Shown here piece after piece: positions 29,258-39,270 of a DNA stretch of 64,000 bases; positions within the stretch are counted from its first letter, which is position 1; each line of letters begins with the position of its first letter. The notes under the pieces are model-generated. The model was not told the origin of the DNA and made no database searches. It saw only the letters and a list, made by a program, of their open reading frames with translations. A program made the position numbers and the translations under genes. This DNA is from Candidatus Bathyarchaeota archaeon (GTDB lineage: Archaea > Thermoproteota > Bathyarchaeia > 40CM-2-53-6), in contig CAVPLU010000016.1 in the NCBI GenBank assembly GCA_963706285.1, positions 32,001-96,000 on the forward strand. The letters are read 5' to 3'.

Positions 29258-29428
29258 ATGAGCAAAGAAGAAGTAAAGGGAAAAAGTAAGCAAATCAAGG
29301 GACAGATTCGTGAAGAAGTAGGCAAATTGACGAAGAACAAAACGGAACAGCTCAAAGGCAAGATTGAGCAAGTCGAAGGAAAAGCACAAGAGGAAATAGG
29401 GAAGTTCAAAAGAAAGGCCAAAGAGTAA
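29258..29428 (+). CDS. CsbD family stress protein (absent from the ORF track)
   Basis: MSKEEVKGKSKQIKGQIREEVGKLT....QLKGKIEQVEGKAQE. Confidence 0.85.
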   Translation: MSKEEVKGKSKQIKGQIREEVGKLTKNKTEQLKGKIEQVEGKAQEEIGKFKRKAKE

Positions 29429-29601
29429 GCCGACGTTCTGGCACGTACGCGCGCACTAATTTTCTCCGTAGTTTTGCGTTTACAGAGCTTTTTCAACTGT
29501 TTGGATACTCATGCTCTGCTCAGCTGAAAGAAGAATTGTGTAGCGTAGTCTCACCAAGGCTTATCTACAAATTTCGAATAATTAGCATCCGGGTAATCAT
29601 A

Positions 29602-29802
29602 ATGGCTGTGAAGATACTGGAACTGATAGGAAGCTCCGATAAGAGTTGGGAGGATGCAGTGCAAGAGGCCTTGAGAGAAGCCGCGAAAACTGTGAGGGAA
29701 ATCGTTGGCGTAGATGTGTTGGGATTCAAAGCAGATGTGAAGAATGGCAAGATTAGCCGATATAAGGCCCACGTCAAGATAGCCTTCACCGTTGAACGAT
29801 AA
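29602..29802 (+). CDS. Dodecin family flavin-binding protein
   Basis: KILELIGSS.KSWEDAV..A...A.KT...Y...VKIAF. Confidence 0.9.
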   Translation: MAVKILELIGSSDKSWEDAVQEALREAAKTVREIVGVDVLGFKADVKNGKISRYKAHVKIAFTVER

Positions 29803-29831
29803 TTCAATCCGGTAACATTGGAGGATCACGG

Positions 29832-30047
29832 ATGTTATCGGAACTCAAGACTTGTGGCATTTGTAACAGGGAGAACCTGCCAGAGAGCAGTTTTTGTGAC
29901 CTATGCGGATCGCCTTTCGAAGTTCTGGTGGAATGCAGTTGCGGATGCTGTCATCCTGAAGCAGTATTCTCTGATCCAAGCGACTATCCTGAAGCAGTAT
30001 TCTTGATAGACTATCCTGAAGCAGTATTCGCGACAATTATTGGTTAA
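29832..30047 (+). CDS. Double zinc-ribbon protein with triplicated C-terminal segment
   Basis: CGIC..N....FCDLCG; ATCCTGAAGCAGTATTC occurs three times in 29953-30029. Confidence 0.5.
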   Translation: MLSELKTCGICNRENLPESSFCDLCGSPFEVLVECSCGCCHPEAVFSDPSDYPEAVFLIDYPEAVFATIIG

Positions 30048-30625
30048 CACTTAACGCTAATCGCATTCGAAGATTACTCTATCCTTACATCAGAACTAGC
30101 TGACAAGATACGGAAGACTAGAGCCTCAAAGAGGGAACGAAACGCAGCACCAAGTGACCCGACAACGACGATAAACGAACGCCTATCCTGTGGCAGTTCA
30201 ATTCGCTGCAATGAGAGCCGACACGCGGACAGAGCACCGCCAGTACGGGTCCTTTTTCAGATGTGTACCCTTAAGCACACAACCACCTGAGGAACCCCCG
30301 ACATCCAAGTCCCGTGAAAAGGCGAGCCTGTCTAACCTATGATGATGACAGGCCAGTGAAACTGTGGCATGACTGCCATACGCGACACTCAGCGCTCGTT
30401 AATGACACAGGCATTACCCCTCCGAAGAACTCTCGGTGCGGCAAATACGGACGATCTCGTGCAAGCAACGAGTCGCAACTCTTTAGCAGCTTGCAAGCAT
30501 CCGCGTCAGATATCGGCATCTACTGTCTCTCGAATGCTCAATTTTGGGGTGTTCTGATCCCGAAAGACTCTTACAGCAGATTATCCCATACAGTTGAACT
30601 GGGATTGTTCTTGAGATTCAAGTCG

Positions 30626-32254
30626 GTGAAATCGCGAACAATAGTTCTGGCTGCGTTGATTTTGGTCGCGTATTTTGTTGGTTTGCTTGTACCGCAAGCG
30701 CATGCCTGGAACCTATCCTCGAGTCCTGCGACGAGAACGACGACACCCGGCGGCACGGTTACGTTTACGATCTCGGTTTTTTACGAGCCTCCCGAGGCCG
30801 TTCTTGGGACGGTCCAGCTGTTGGTGTCGCCTCCAGAGCTGGGCTTAACGCCCAGTTTTTCGCCGACAAGTGGGTCTATTCCGTTTACCTCAACCTTGAC
30901 GGTTCAAGTAAGCGCCACGAAGGCAGTTGGGGTTTACTCTCTCCCTGTGTGGGCGCATCCTACAGCCATCCCCTACCCCGGCCCTGGCAACAAAGCAATT
31001 AATGTGCAAGTTGTGGTGGCAGCAGCTTCAACGGATTGGGCATTATCAAGTCCCACATTGTCACCTGCTTCTCCTAACGTCGGAGACCCAACCACCTTCC
31101 AAGTGATTCTGACCGCTTTGAGCACGAGTCTATCTTATCCGCAGAGTCCAACCCTTCTTGCGCAAGTCGATGGCGTCCCCGTCGGTGGTGGTTCCGTAAG
31201 CTACCCCGGCCCAACAGGGATCCCGGCTACTGTCTACTCGGCGCCGCCATGGTCTGCCACAGCCGGCACCCACACGATAGTTTGGACAGTAAGTTCTGGA
31301 GTCTCAGATCCTAACCCGTCGAACAATCAGGTGTCGCGTACGTTCACGGTGGGGCCTCCGCCCGCTCAGTTTGATTTCGAAGTATTGGCCTCACCGACTG
31401 ATAGCACAGCAACGCCCGGGAGCAGCACTAGCTACACAATAATGGTGAATCTCCTCTCCGGCTCAACTCAGAGCGTCACACTGAGCTTATCCGGACAACC
31501 GGGAGGCGTCAGTGGAGCATTCTCTCCTTTGTCTGGAAGTCCCACGTTCTCATCGTCGCTGACGCTTTCCGTTGCTTCTTCTGTCTCCACGGGAAGCTAC
31601 ACAATGACTGTAACTGGGGTCGGCGGAGGCAAGACGCACACAGCCACAATCAAGCTGACCGTGTCACAAGCTCCAGACTTCCGGATTGATGTGAGCCCGC
31701 CGTCTGTGAGTGTCAGCCAAGGACAGGTAGCCTCTTACTCTGTCAGCATCTCGGGTCTGAACGGATTCAACTCGCAAGTCTCGTTATCAGTCTCAGGAGC
31801 ACCAGCTGGCGTCAATCCTGTATTCACCGTCCCGTCAGGAACCCCCAGTTTCAATTCGATTCTGACCGTTACCCTTCCAGGCAATGTCCAGACCGGTTCC
31901 TTCACTTTGCAGATAACAGCGTCGGGGGGAGGTCTCACTAAGATCGCGAATGCTGTGCTAGTCATCTCGGCTGCTACTGGAACTCAAACTCAAACACAGA
32001 CTCAAACCGAAACGCAGACTGAAACAACGACTTCAGGTGTCTTACCGTTCGACATATTCCAACAGAGCAACCTGCTCTTGATAGCCGTTCTAGCCATAGT
32101 GATACTGGCGCTTCTTGCGCTGTTGCTGCGAAGGCGGAAGTCTGCTTCGCCGCCTCCACCACCCGCCAACCCCTGTCCAAAGTGCGGCCAACCATTGACG
32201 TACGTCAAGGAATATGATCGATGGTACTGCAACAACTGTAAAGAGTACAAGTGA
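30626..32254 (+). CDS. Cell-surface protein: signal peptide, Ig-like/CARDB repeats, TM, Pro linker, C-terminal Zn finger
   Basis: AHA-W signal cleavage; repeated Ser/Thr-rich beta modules; TQTQTQ linker; TM + RRRK; CPKCG..WYCNNC. Confidence 0.8.
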   Translation: MKSRTIVLAALILVAYFVGLLVPQAHAWNLSSSPATRTTTPGGTVTFTISVFYEPPEAVLGTVQLLVSPPELGLTPSFSPTSGSIPFTSTLTVQVSATKAVGVYSLPVWAHPTAIPYPGPGNKAINVQVVVAAASTDWALSSPTLSPASPNVGDPTTFQVILTALSTSLSYPQSPTLLAQVDGVPVGGGSVSYPGPTGIPATVYSAPPWSATAGTHTIVWTVSSGVSDPNPSNNQVSRTFTVGPPPAQFDFEVLASPTDSTATPGSSTSYTIMVNLLSGSTQSVTLSLSGQPGGVSGAFSPLSGSPTFSSSLTLSVASSVSTGSYTMTVTGVGGGKTHTATIKLTVSQAPDFRIDVSPPSVSVSQGQVASYSVSISGLNGFNSQVSLSVSGAPAGVNPVFTVPSGTPSFNSILTVTLPGNVQTGSFTLQITASGGGLTKIANAVLVISAATGTQTQTQTQTETQTETTTSGVLPFDIFQQSNLLLIAVLAIVILALLALLLRRRKSASPPPPPANPCPKCGQPLTYVKEYDRWYCNNCKEYK

Positions 32255-32356
32255 CGCTCCGAGTAACCTTCATGTTCTCGCGCCCGCTACTACGCAGTTC
32301 GCAAACCCATATCGCTATATGAAAGTTGGTACCGTTCACAACAGCAGGGAAAATCT

Positions 32357-32728
32357 ATGGTAGATCTAACTTCAATAGTCATACAAGTAATCGTGGGCGT
32401 CATCATCGTATCTCCAGTTCTCTGGCTTGTAGGCCGCTCAATGGTCGGCAAACTGAAGGCAAAGTTCACTGACGCAATATGGATCGTAGTTCTAGGCACA
32501 GTCATCAATGCTCTCCTTGGAGCGTACATCCACGGTGTAGTAGGACTCGCAGTGACCCTGATAGTGTGGATCGCGCTAATCCATCACTTCTTCGATGCGG
32601 GCTGGGGCAGATCGATACTGATCGGCGTCATCGCAATAATAGTCCTAGTAGTGATAGTCTTCATACTTGCATTGCTAGGCTTCGCCGCTCTAGCCGGGCT
32701 GGGCGGACTAAGCGCACTAGGACTCTGA
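32357..32728 (+). CDS. Small integral membrane protein
   Basis: Four hydrophobic helices; T-rich terminator-like stretch follows. Confidence 0.7.
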   Translation: MVDLTSIVIQVIVGVIIVSPVLWLVGRSMVGKLKAKFTDAIWIVVLGTVINALLGAYIHGVVGLAVTLIVWIALIHHFFDAGWGRSILIGVIAIIVLVVIVFILALLGFAALAGLGGLSALGL

Positions 32729-32918
32729 TTTTCATCACAGACACCTAACCCCTCTCCTTTTCTTTCTTCGTTTGGTAATTAGAAGCTGCGTCCCTATCGT
32801 CGGCTGTACCTCGCGAGAGAATGACATTCGACTAGGACGAGTCGGGTGCGTCCTTTCGCTTGTGCCCACCCACTATAGGCTCTGATGTGGGCTCGCATCC
32901 ACTAAGGGTGGATATCGG

Positions 32919-33035
32919 TTAGTTGAATTGGCAAAAGTCGAGCGTCCACTGAACCCTGTAGTGACGTCTCTGGCAGAGCGCAGCCAGATTCCACGGCAGA
33001 AGATTCCACTTGTTACCGTTCAGGTTGTGGACTGC
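32919..33035 (-). pseudogene. Degenerate HNH endonuclease fragment
   Basis: VHNLNGNKWN..PWNLAALCQRRH matches HH..GNK.N...NL.ALC..CH with H->N and C->R changes. Confidence 0.55.
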
Positions 33036-33182
33036 TAGCAGACCTCTAAAGAGGGGCCGCTTTCCGGGAAAGAGGGGCCGCTTTGAGACGTGCCGGGCAC
33101 TGGTCCGAAATACGAGCGGGTAGACGACTTTGACGATCACGCTTTGAATCTCTCGGCGAGTTCTGATCGAAATGCATGACCG

Positions 33183-33578
33183 CTAGAGAATGAGTTTTCC
33201 GAATGTGATAAGATCCTTCATCGTTACGATCCCGACGAGTCTGTCGGACTTGTCGACGATGGGTAGGTGGCGTATGTTGTTTCTTCGCATGTGCGCGTAG
33301 GCTTCTTCCACCGGTGCTTGCGGAGTACATGTCACTGGGGGGCTCTTCATGATGTCCTTGACGAGCATGTGGTTTGGGTCGTGTCCTGATGCGGCGCATC
33401 CCACGAGATCGCCCTCCGTTACTATGCCTACAACTTTCTCTCGTTCAACCACGACCACGCATCCTATCTTCCTCGCAAGCATGGTTTTGGCTGCGTCGAC
33501 TAGGTGATCGTCGGGCTTCGCGGTCCCGACTTCCTTGTTCATGATTTCCTCGATCTGATCGAGAACTTTAGGAAACAT
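33183..33578 (-). CDS. CBS domain protein
   Basis: Paired CBS: VVGIVTEGD and IRHLPIVD..LVGIVT.KD. Confidence 0.9.
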   Translation of the reverse strand: MFPKVLDQIEEIMNKEVGTAKPDDHLVDAAKTMLARKIGCVVVVEREKVVGIVTEGDLVGCAASGHDPNHMLVKDIMKSPPVTCTPQAPVEEAYAHMRRNNIRHLPIVDKSDRLVGIVTMKDLITFGKLIL

Positions 33579-33674
33579 CTTCTATCCTTACTGTGGGAGT
33601 TGGACATTAGACGATAAATGTGTTGCCAATACAGCCGTACGGTGCGGCCGGTGGGTTCTATGGAGCGCCACAGG

Positions 33675-34613
33675 TTAGTGGGCGTGGAGTCGTTTCTCTT
33701 CCAGGTAACTCTCTACATCGATCGCTGCGCGACAGCCATCTCCGGCAGCGGTGACAGCTTGCCTGTAACGGAAATCTCGTACGTCGCCACATGCAAACAC
33801 TCCTTCCGCGCTCGTCGCTGTTCCCTCATTCGCGACAATGTAGCCTTTCTGATCTAACTCGACCTGTCCTTGGAACAATGCGGTGTTTGGCTGGTGGCCT
33901 ATCGCGACGAATACCCCATCACACTTCAGCACTTCCTGTTTGCCAGTCTTTACGTTTCTGATGCGAACGCCCTCGACTTTCTTGTCGCCTAGCACTTCTT
34001 CGACCATCGAATCCCAGACGAACGAGATCTTCGGGTTCTTGATTGCACGTTCTCGCAGGATCTCGCTGGCTCGAAGTTCGTTGCGTCGGTGTACTATTGT
34101 CGCGTGGTTGACGAATTTCGTGAGGAAGATCGTGTCCTCCAGGGCGACGTCTCCTCCCCCGACGGTAACCGTGTCTTTGCCTCGGAAGAAGAATCCGTCA
34201 CACGTGGCACAGCTGGATACTCCTTTGCCGCGGAGTCGAGTCTCGGAATCGATTCCCAACCATTTCGCGGAGGCGCCGGTCGCGATGATAACGGCGTTCG
34301 ACTCGTACGTCCCGTTAGCCGTTTTGACTTTGAGTGGACGTGCCTTGAAATCGACGGATGTGGCGTCTTCCTGCACGAACTCTGCCCCAAACCGTTCGGC
34401 CTGTTTCCTCATCCGTTGCATTAGATCCGGGCCGAGAATTGATTCTTCAAAACCTGGAAAGTTCTCCACATCGGTGGTCAACATTAGCTGACCTCCAGGC
34501 ACGGCGCCAGCGATGACGAGCGTTTTGAGCAGCGCCCGACCACAGTAGAGTGCAGCGGTGACCCCTGCGGGGCCGGAACCGAGCACAATCACATCATAGA
34601 TCACTGCTATCAC
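33675..34613 (-). CDS. trxB: Thioredoxin-disulfide reductase
   Basis: GSGPAG, GGQL, ENFPGF, CATCDG, GGGD, QAVTAAG; GTG start overlaps the upstream stop. Confidence 0.95.
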   Translation of the reverse strand: MIAVIYDVIVLGSGPAGVTAALYCGRALLKTLVIAGAVPGGQLMLTTDVENFPGFEESILGPDLMQRMRKQAERFGAEFVQEDATSVDFKARPLKVKTANGTYESNAVIIATGASAKWLGIDSETRLRGKGVSSCATCDGFFFRGKDTVTVGGGDVALEDTIFLTKFVNHATIVHRRNELRASEILRERAIKNPKISFVWDSMVEEVLGDKKVEGVRIRNVKTGKQEVLKCDGVFVAIGHQPNTALFQGQVELDQKGYIVANEGTATSAEGVFACGDVRDFRYRQAVTAAGDGCRAAIDVESYLEEKRLHAH

Positions 34614-35080
34614 CGCGGCATCAATGATGTCGTTCCTACGTGTTCTACTTGAGGTTTCGCCGTTTTCAGACGTTCCCATAGACCAGCGGCGGCATTTTGG
34701 GCCTCACTTTGTACTCTCTCCTCCTCCACGGTGAGCACTCTTCGCTCTTTCATGATGACGTTTCCGTCGAGGATTGTCGTTCGGACATCGCGTCCGTTTA
34801 TCGAGTTGATGAGATGACCGACTACGCTATCTCGGTTAAGTGGAGTCGGAAGGATATCCGGCTTGACTACGATCAGATCTGCCTTCTTGCCAAGCTCAAT
34901 TGAGCCTAGTTGATCGGAGAGACCGTACAGTTGAGCGCCTCTGATTGTTGCCATCTCGAGGACTGTGTAAGCGTCAATTGCGTTCGGATCTCTGGAGACG
35001 ATTATCGAGTGGTCGGAGAGTATTCTATGACTCGGATCCATGGTGACGATTATGCCGTCTTTCACCAAGATCGACGTCAT
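34610..35080 (-). pseudogene. Amidohydrolase (MTA/SAH or purine deaminase type) with large in-frame internal deletion
   Basis: N-terminal IVTMD..RIL joined directly to MATIRGA..GSIELGKKAD; HxH barrel absent. Confidence 0.7.
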
Positions 35081-35218
35081 GCCCAGGCTTCCTAGCGAAT
35101 AGTCTGAGGGTTCATGCTAATGATTTTAACCTTAACAAGCGTAAACACGCATCTCTAACAGTCGGAGTGCCCCTACTCTCCGTGCTGACCGTGATACAGT
35201 AGCAGTTGGTCGACAATC

Positions 35219-36574
35219 ATGTCTCTTCTGATCAAGAATGGAAACGTCATCCTCGGAGGTAAAACCGTCAAGTCGGATGTATTGGCCGAAGATGGAAAGA
35301 TCAAGAAAATCGCCAAGAAAATCTCTGCGACAGCAGATGAAATTATCGATGCAAAAGGGAAGTTCGTTCTTTCTGGCCTTGTCGACGCTCATGCACACGT
35401 AGGCGATCTGAATTTCTCTGGGCGAGAGGATTTCACGAGCGGAACGCGTGCCGCTGCAGCGGGCGGCGTCACCACAATCATAGATATGGTTCTCAGTGCG
35501 CCTGTCGTCAACGCAGACGCTGCTAAGGAGAAGATCGATAGAGGCGTTCGGCTGGGAATAGTCGATTTCTCTCTTCACGCAGGCATGATGAATTCATCGA
35601 ACTTCGCAAATATCGAAGCTTTGACTCAGATTGGTATCTACTCTTTCAAAGCTTTCATGTGCACGCCCTACTTCATCGACAAAGTGGCCCTTGAAACTCT
35701 GATGAAAACGACTGCTGAATTCGGCGCAATCACTAATGTCCACGCGGAGGATGAGGAACTCAGCCAGCAACTCACCGTGACGCTGAAGAGAGCCAATCGT
35801 ATGGATCCGATAGCGCATAATGAATCGAAACCCAACGCCGTCGAAGAGAAAGCCATCAAAGAGGCTATCGGTATCGCGCGGGCGGCTAAAAGTAAGCTTC
35901 ACATTTCACACATGTCCACGAGCGAGGGCGTACGGTTGATCGCGGCCGCGAAACGCGATAACGTGAATGTAACTGCTGAGACCTGCCCACACTACTTGTC
36001 ACTCACGACAGCGGATGTGCTGAAACTTGGACCATATCTGAAGATGAGCCCCCCACTAAGGAGAGAAGCCGATGTGCTTGCGCTATGGCGTGGACTAGCT
36101 AACGGAACGGTTGACATGATTACCTCCGAACACGCGCCAGGCGGAGCTGACGAGAAAGAGCTCGGATGGGAGAACATCTGGGAGGCATGGAGCGGAGTAC
36201 CAAGCATAGAGACCATGCTGCCGGTCGTGCTGAGTGAAGGCGTCAACAAGAAACGCATCAACATAGAGAAGGCGGCCAAGGTTCTCTCAGAGAATCCAGC
36301 CAGACGTTTCGGACTGTACCCAAGGAAAGGGCGGATCGCCGTTGGAGCAGATGCGGATTTCGTGATCGTCGATCTATCGATGGAGAAGAAAGTGAAAGCT
36401 AGCGATCTCCACTACAAGGTAGGTTGGACTCCGTACGAGGGATGGATCCTGAAAGGCTGGCCAACAACAACCATCGTTCGAGGACAAGTAGTAGCCAAGG
36501 ACGGCCAGATCTTGGCGAAGGAAGGGCGGGCGCAGTTCGTTCCAATGACGATGCGAAGGCGAGCGAGTAAGTGA
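35219..36574 (+). CDS. Cyclic amidohydrolase (allantoinase/dihydroorotase/hydantoinase family)
   Basis: DAHAH, AAAGGVTT, HAED, ETCPHYL, PPLR, SEHAP. Confidence 0.85.
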   Translation: MSLLIKNGNVILGGKTVKSDVLAEDGKIKKIAKKISATADEIIDAKGKFVLSGLVDAHAHVGDLNFSGREDFTSGTRAAAAGGVTTIIDMVLSAPVVNADAAKEKIDRGVRLGIVDFSLHAGMMNSSNFANIEALTQIGIYSFKAFMCTPYFIDKVALETLMKTTAEFGAITNVHAEDEELSQQLTVTLKRANRMDPIAHNESKPNAVEEKAIKEAIGIARAAKSKLHISHMSTSEGVRLIAAAKRDNVNVTAETCPHYLSLTTADVLKLGPYLKMSPPLRREADVLALWRGLANGTVDMITSEHAPGGADEKELGWENIWEAWSGVPSIETMLPVVLSEGVNKKRINIEKAAKVLSENPARRFGLYPRKGRIAVGADADFVIVDLSMEKKVKASDLHYKVGWTPYEGWILKGWPTTTIVRGQVVAKDGQILAKEGRAQFVPMTMRRRASK

Positions 36575-37182
36575 TATCATTAGTAATCCTCGCAGCCGGC
36601 AAATCAACTCGGATGAAGGAAAACAAACTACTTCTCAAAGTCAACAGCGAGACGCTAATCCAACACGTTGTGAAGACTGCGAAAAAATCAAGCGTAGACG
36701 AACTAATCGTGGTGCTCGGACACGAGGTCGAGAAGATCAAAGAACAGCTTGCGAACCTCGACTGCAGACTAGTGACTAACGAGAACTACACTAAAGGCCA
36801 AAGCGAGAGCGTGAAGGTTGGCTTAGCCGCAGTTTCCAGCAACTCGGAGGCTATGATGATCCTTCCAGCTGATGTCGCCCTCATCGACGCGCAGTCAATC
36901 AACAAGGTCGTAGAGGAGTATATGAGATCCAAGAGCAGAATCGTAATTGCTTCACATCGGCAACAGAGTGGTCATCCGATCCTCATTGACAAAGCGCTGT
37001 TTCCCGAAGTTGCACAGATAGGCGAGGACTCACAGGGGCTCAAGGCTGTGGTCGATCGCCACCGAAGTGAAATCAAGTATGTTGAAGTTGGCACAGAGAA
37101 CGTACTGATTGACATCGACACCAGAGAGGAATTCAACAAATACTTCTCTAAAACTACGTCTACATCACTCAATGCGAATTGA
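36571..37182 (+). CDS. Molybdenum cofactor cytidylyltransferase-like nucleotidyltransferase (MocA family)
   Basis: ILAAGKSTRM..NKLLL, GHP, DIDT; adjacent to xdhC. Confidence 0.8.
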   Translation: MISLVILAAGKSTRMKENKLLLKVNSETLIQHVVKTAKKSSVDELIVVLGHEVEKIKEQLANLDCRLVTNENYTKGQSESVKVGLAAVSSNSEAMMILPADVALIDAQSINKVVEEYMRSKSRIVIASHRQQSGHPILIDKALFPEVAQIGEDSQGLKAVVDRHRSEIKYVEVGTENVLIDIDTREEFNKYFSKTTSTSLNAN

Positions 37183-37302
37183 TCTAACAAACCCGTTTCA
37201 CTGCAATCTGTCTTGACATTTCGCAGTTGGTTTAAATTCGGCTCGATGACTAGCCATTCATACGTTCAACACCAATCAATCTGTAATCGGTAGGGTTTTT
37301 GG

Positions 37303-38127
37303 ATGCGCGAGGTCCTTCAAGCGATTAGCAGACTTGCAAATGAAGGGAAGACCTTCGCAGTCGCGACTATTATCGGTCATACTGGTTCTGTGCCAAGGCG
37401 CGTTGCAAAGATGATCATCCAACCCGACGGCACGACAATCGGAACGATCGGTGGCGGATGCGTCGAGACCGAGGTTGCGGCTCAGGCTCTCAAACTTCTG
37501 AAGGAAGGAGAGGCGGGCGTTCACGTCAACAGTTACGACCTGGTCGAGGAAGAATTTGACGGTGTCGGAATGAATTGTGGAGGCAAGATGGACGTGGCGA
37601 TCGAGGTTATTGAGCCATCATCAAAACTTGTGATCATTGGGAGCGGCCATCTAACAGAGGCTCTCAGCCGAATGGCGAAGATGCTTGGCTTCGAGATCGC
37701 GGTTTTGGATCCGATGGCTAAGAAGGAAAGGTTCCCTGAAGCCGCGCAAGTCGTCGCCGAGTTCGTGGACAAAGGGCTGCCTAAGATCCATGTCGACCAG
37801 TCCACATACATTGTGATACTCACTAGACACAAGGACGACGTGCCCGCACTCAAAGCGTCGCTCAAAACGAACGCTGCATACGTCGGCATGATAGCGAGCC
37901 GAAGGCGAGCCGCGCTCGTCTTCAAGCAGGTGATGAAGAAAGGCGTGCCGGAGAAGCAATTCGAGAGAGTTTACTCTCCCGTCGGATTGGACATAGGCGC
38001 CGACACACCCGAAGAGATAGCCATCAGCATCCTTAGTGAGATAATCAGGATCAAGAGATTGGGACGGGAACACGAAACCTCCTCGAAGCGTCTCCGATTC
38101 CCACCACTCAAGACAACAAGCAAGTGA
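37303..38127 (+). CDS. xdhC: XdhC/CoxI family Mo-hydroxylase accessory protein
   Basis: GTIGGGCVE, CGG, YVGMIASR, SPVGLDIGADTPEEIAISI. Confidence 0.9.
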   Translation: MREVLQAISRLANEGKTFAVATIIGHTGSVPRRVAKMIIQPDGTTIGTIGGGCVETEVAAQALKLLKEGEAGVHVNSYDLVEEEFDGVGMNCGGKMDVAIEVIEPSSKLVIIGSGHLTEALSRMAKMLGFEIAVLDPMAKKERFPEAAQVVAEFVDKGLPKIHVDQSTYIVILTRHKDDVPALKASLKTNAAYVGMIASRRRAALVFKQVMKKGVPEKQFERVYSPVGLDIGADTPEEIAISILSEIIRIKRLGREHETSSKRLRFPPLKTTSK

Positions 38128-38249
38128 AGGGCACTGCGTCTAGCCGCTGGATAGCTGTACTGAAGGGCGTTGGCTGTTCATTCGAGTAGCATCAAGAAAG
38201 TATGGTACGTATGTTGAGAAGTTGCTCCTTCTGAAAGAAGGCGCGAGGA

Positions 38250-39170
38250 CTAGTCTCTGAGAATGGGCATTGTCATGCAGCGTGGTCCGCCGTATCCACG
38301 AATCAGTTCTGCTTCCTCGATCTCGATGAGGTCAACTCCGTTTTGAGCGAATTCTCTCTTGACTCTAGCGTTTCCTGCGTATCCAACGACCTTGCGGGGA
38401 CCGATGACGATGACATTCGTTGCGCGTCTTTGTCTTTCGTAATCAGTGACCTTCACCAATCTCATTCCAATTGCTTTCAGAAATTGAAGGAGATTCGTAC
38501 GCTTGCTCATTTTCCCGTTTTTGAAAACGGAGGCAGTCCCTGCAAAACATGGTTGATGGACGACAGCTAGGTCTTGATCGATGACCATCATGGTTCCGTC
38601 CAAGTGAATCACCCAGGGTGGCAGTCGGATCGCCACCAATCTGTGCAGCCCTGACTTGGTGGCGGCTGCCATCAATTGTCGAAAGCCTGCAAGGTTGCTT
38701 CTATTTCCAATTCCGAGAAGTAGCGTGTCATCGTCCAGAAAGACCAGGTCTCCACCCTCAATCGTTGAGGGCGTTTCCGGCTTCATCAGCATGGGAACAG
38801 CAAGTCGGTGCAGTGCGGCTTCGATAATCTTGGTTTCGCGTCGTCTTACAGGACTCTTCATCCTGCCAAGCACGTATCCTCTCCGCGTGACAGCTGCGGT
38901 ATCTCGAACGTACACCAGATTAGGCAGTCGCTCAATCGCATCGAGGAGACTGCGATCGCGTACTATCTCGGTGACTAGGTGAACTTTCACTCCTTCAGAT
39001 CGCAGCACATCGACGAAACGTTCATGATCTTCTCGGAACTGCTCTGGGTCGACGGCATCTGCGAATAGGCATTTTTCGTATGTCGTCGGGTGAACTAACT
39101 GAAGCTCCTTCCCGGGCGCGTGCATGAGCACGCGGCGTAGTGCGCCGTATTCCCGGAAGCAGAATGCCAC
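38250..39170 (-). CDS. Arginine deiminase / amidinotransferase family protein
   Basis: EYG.LRRVLMH.PG, YVRD, IEGGD, HLD, GGPRCMT. Confidence 0.85.
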   Translation of the reverse strand: MAFCFREYGALRRVLMHAPGKELQLVHPTTYEKCLFADAVDPEQFREDHERFVDVLRSEGVKVHLVTEIVRDRSLLDAIERLPNLVYVRDTAAVTRRGYVLGRMKSPVRRRETKIIEAALHRLAVPMLMKPETPSTIEGGDLVFLDDDTLLLGIGNRSNLAGFRQLMAAATKSGLHRLVAIRLPPWVIHLDGTMMVIDQDLAVVHQPCFAGTASVFKNGKMSKRTNLLQFLKAIGMRLVKVTDYERQRRATNVIVIGPRKVVGYAGNARVKREFAQNGVDLIEIEEAELIRGYGGPRCMTMPILRD

Positions 39171-39270
39171 TCGCCTGACCCTCTCGAACGTCGTAGTCGT
39201 GATTATTCATTGAAAACCTATAAACCGTGCTCGCATTTTGCTCCTCGATTTCTCATCTGGAGACTCACCC

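Noticed and set aside
29953-30029. Possible mini-CRISPR
   Set aside because: Repeats are 17 bp with 10-16 nt gaps, in frame within an ORF, and there are no cas genes
32780-33180. Structured ncRNA such as RNase P (several hairpins)
   Set aside because: RNase P and SRP consensus motifs are missing; part of the region is better explained as an HNH relic
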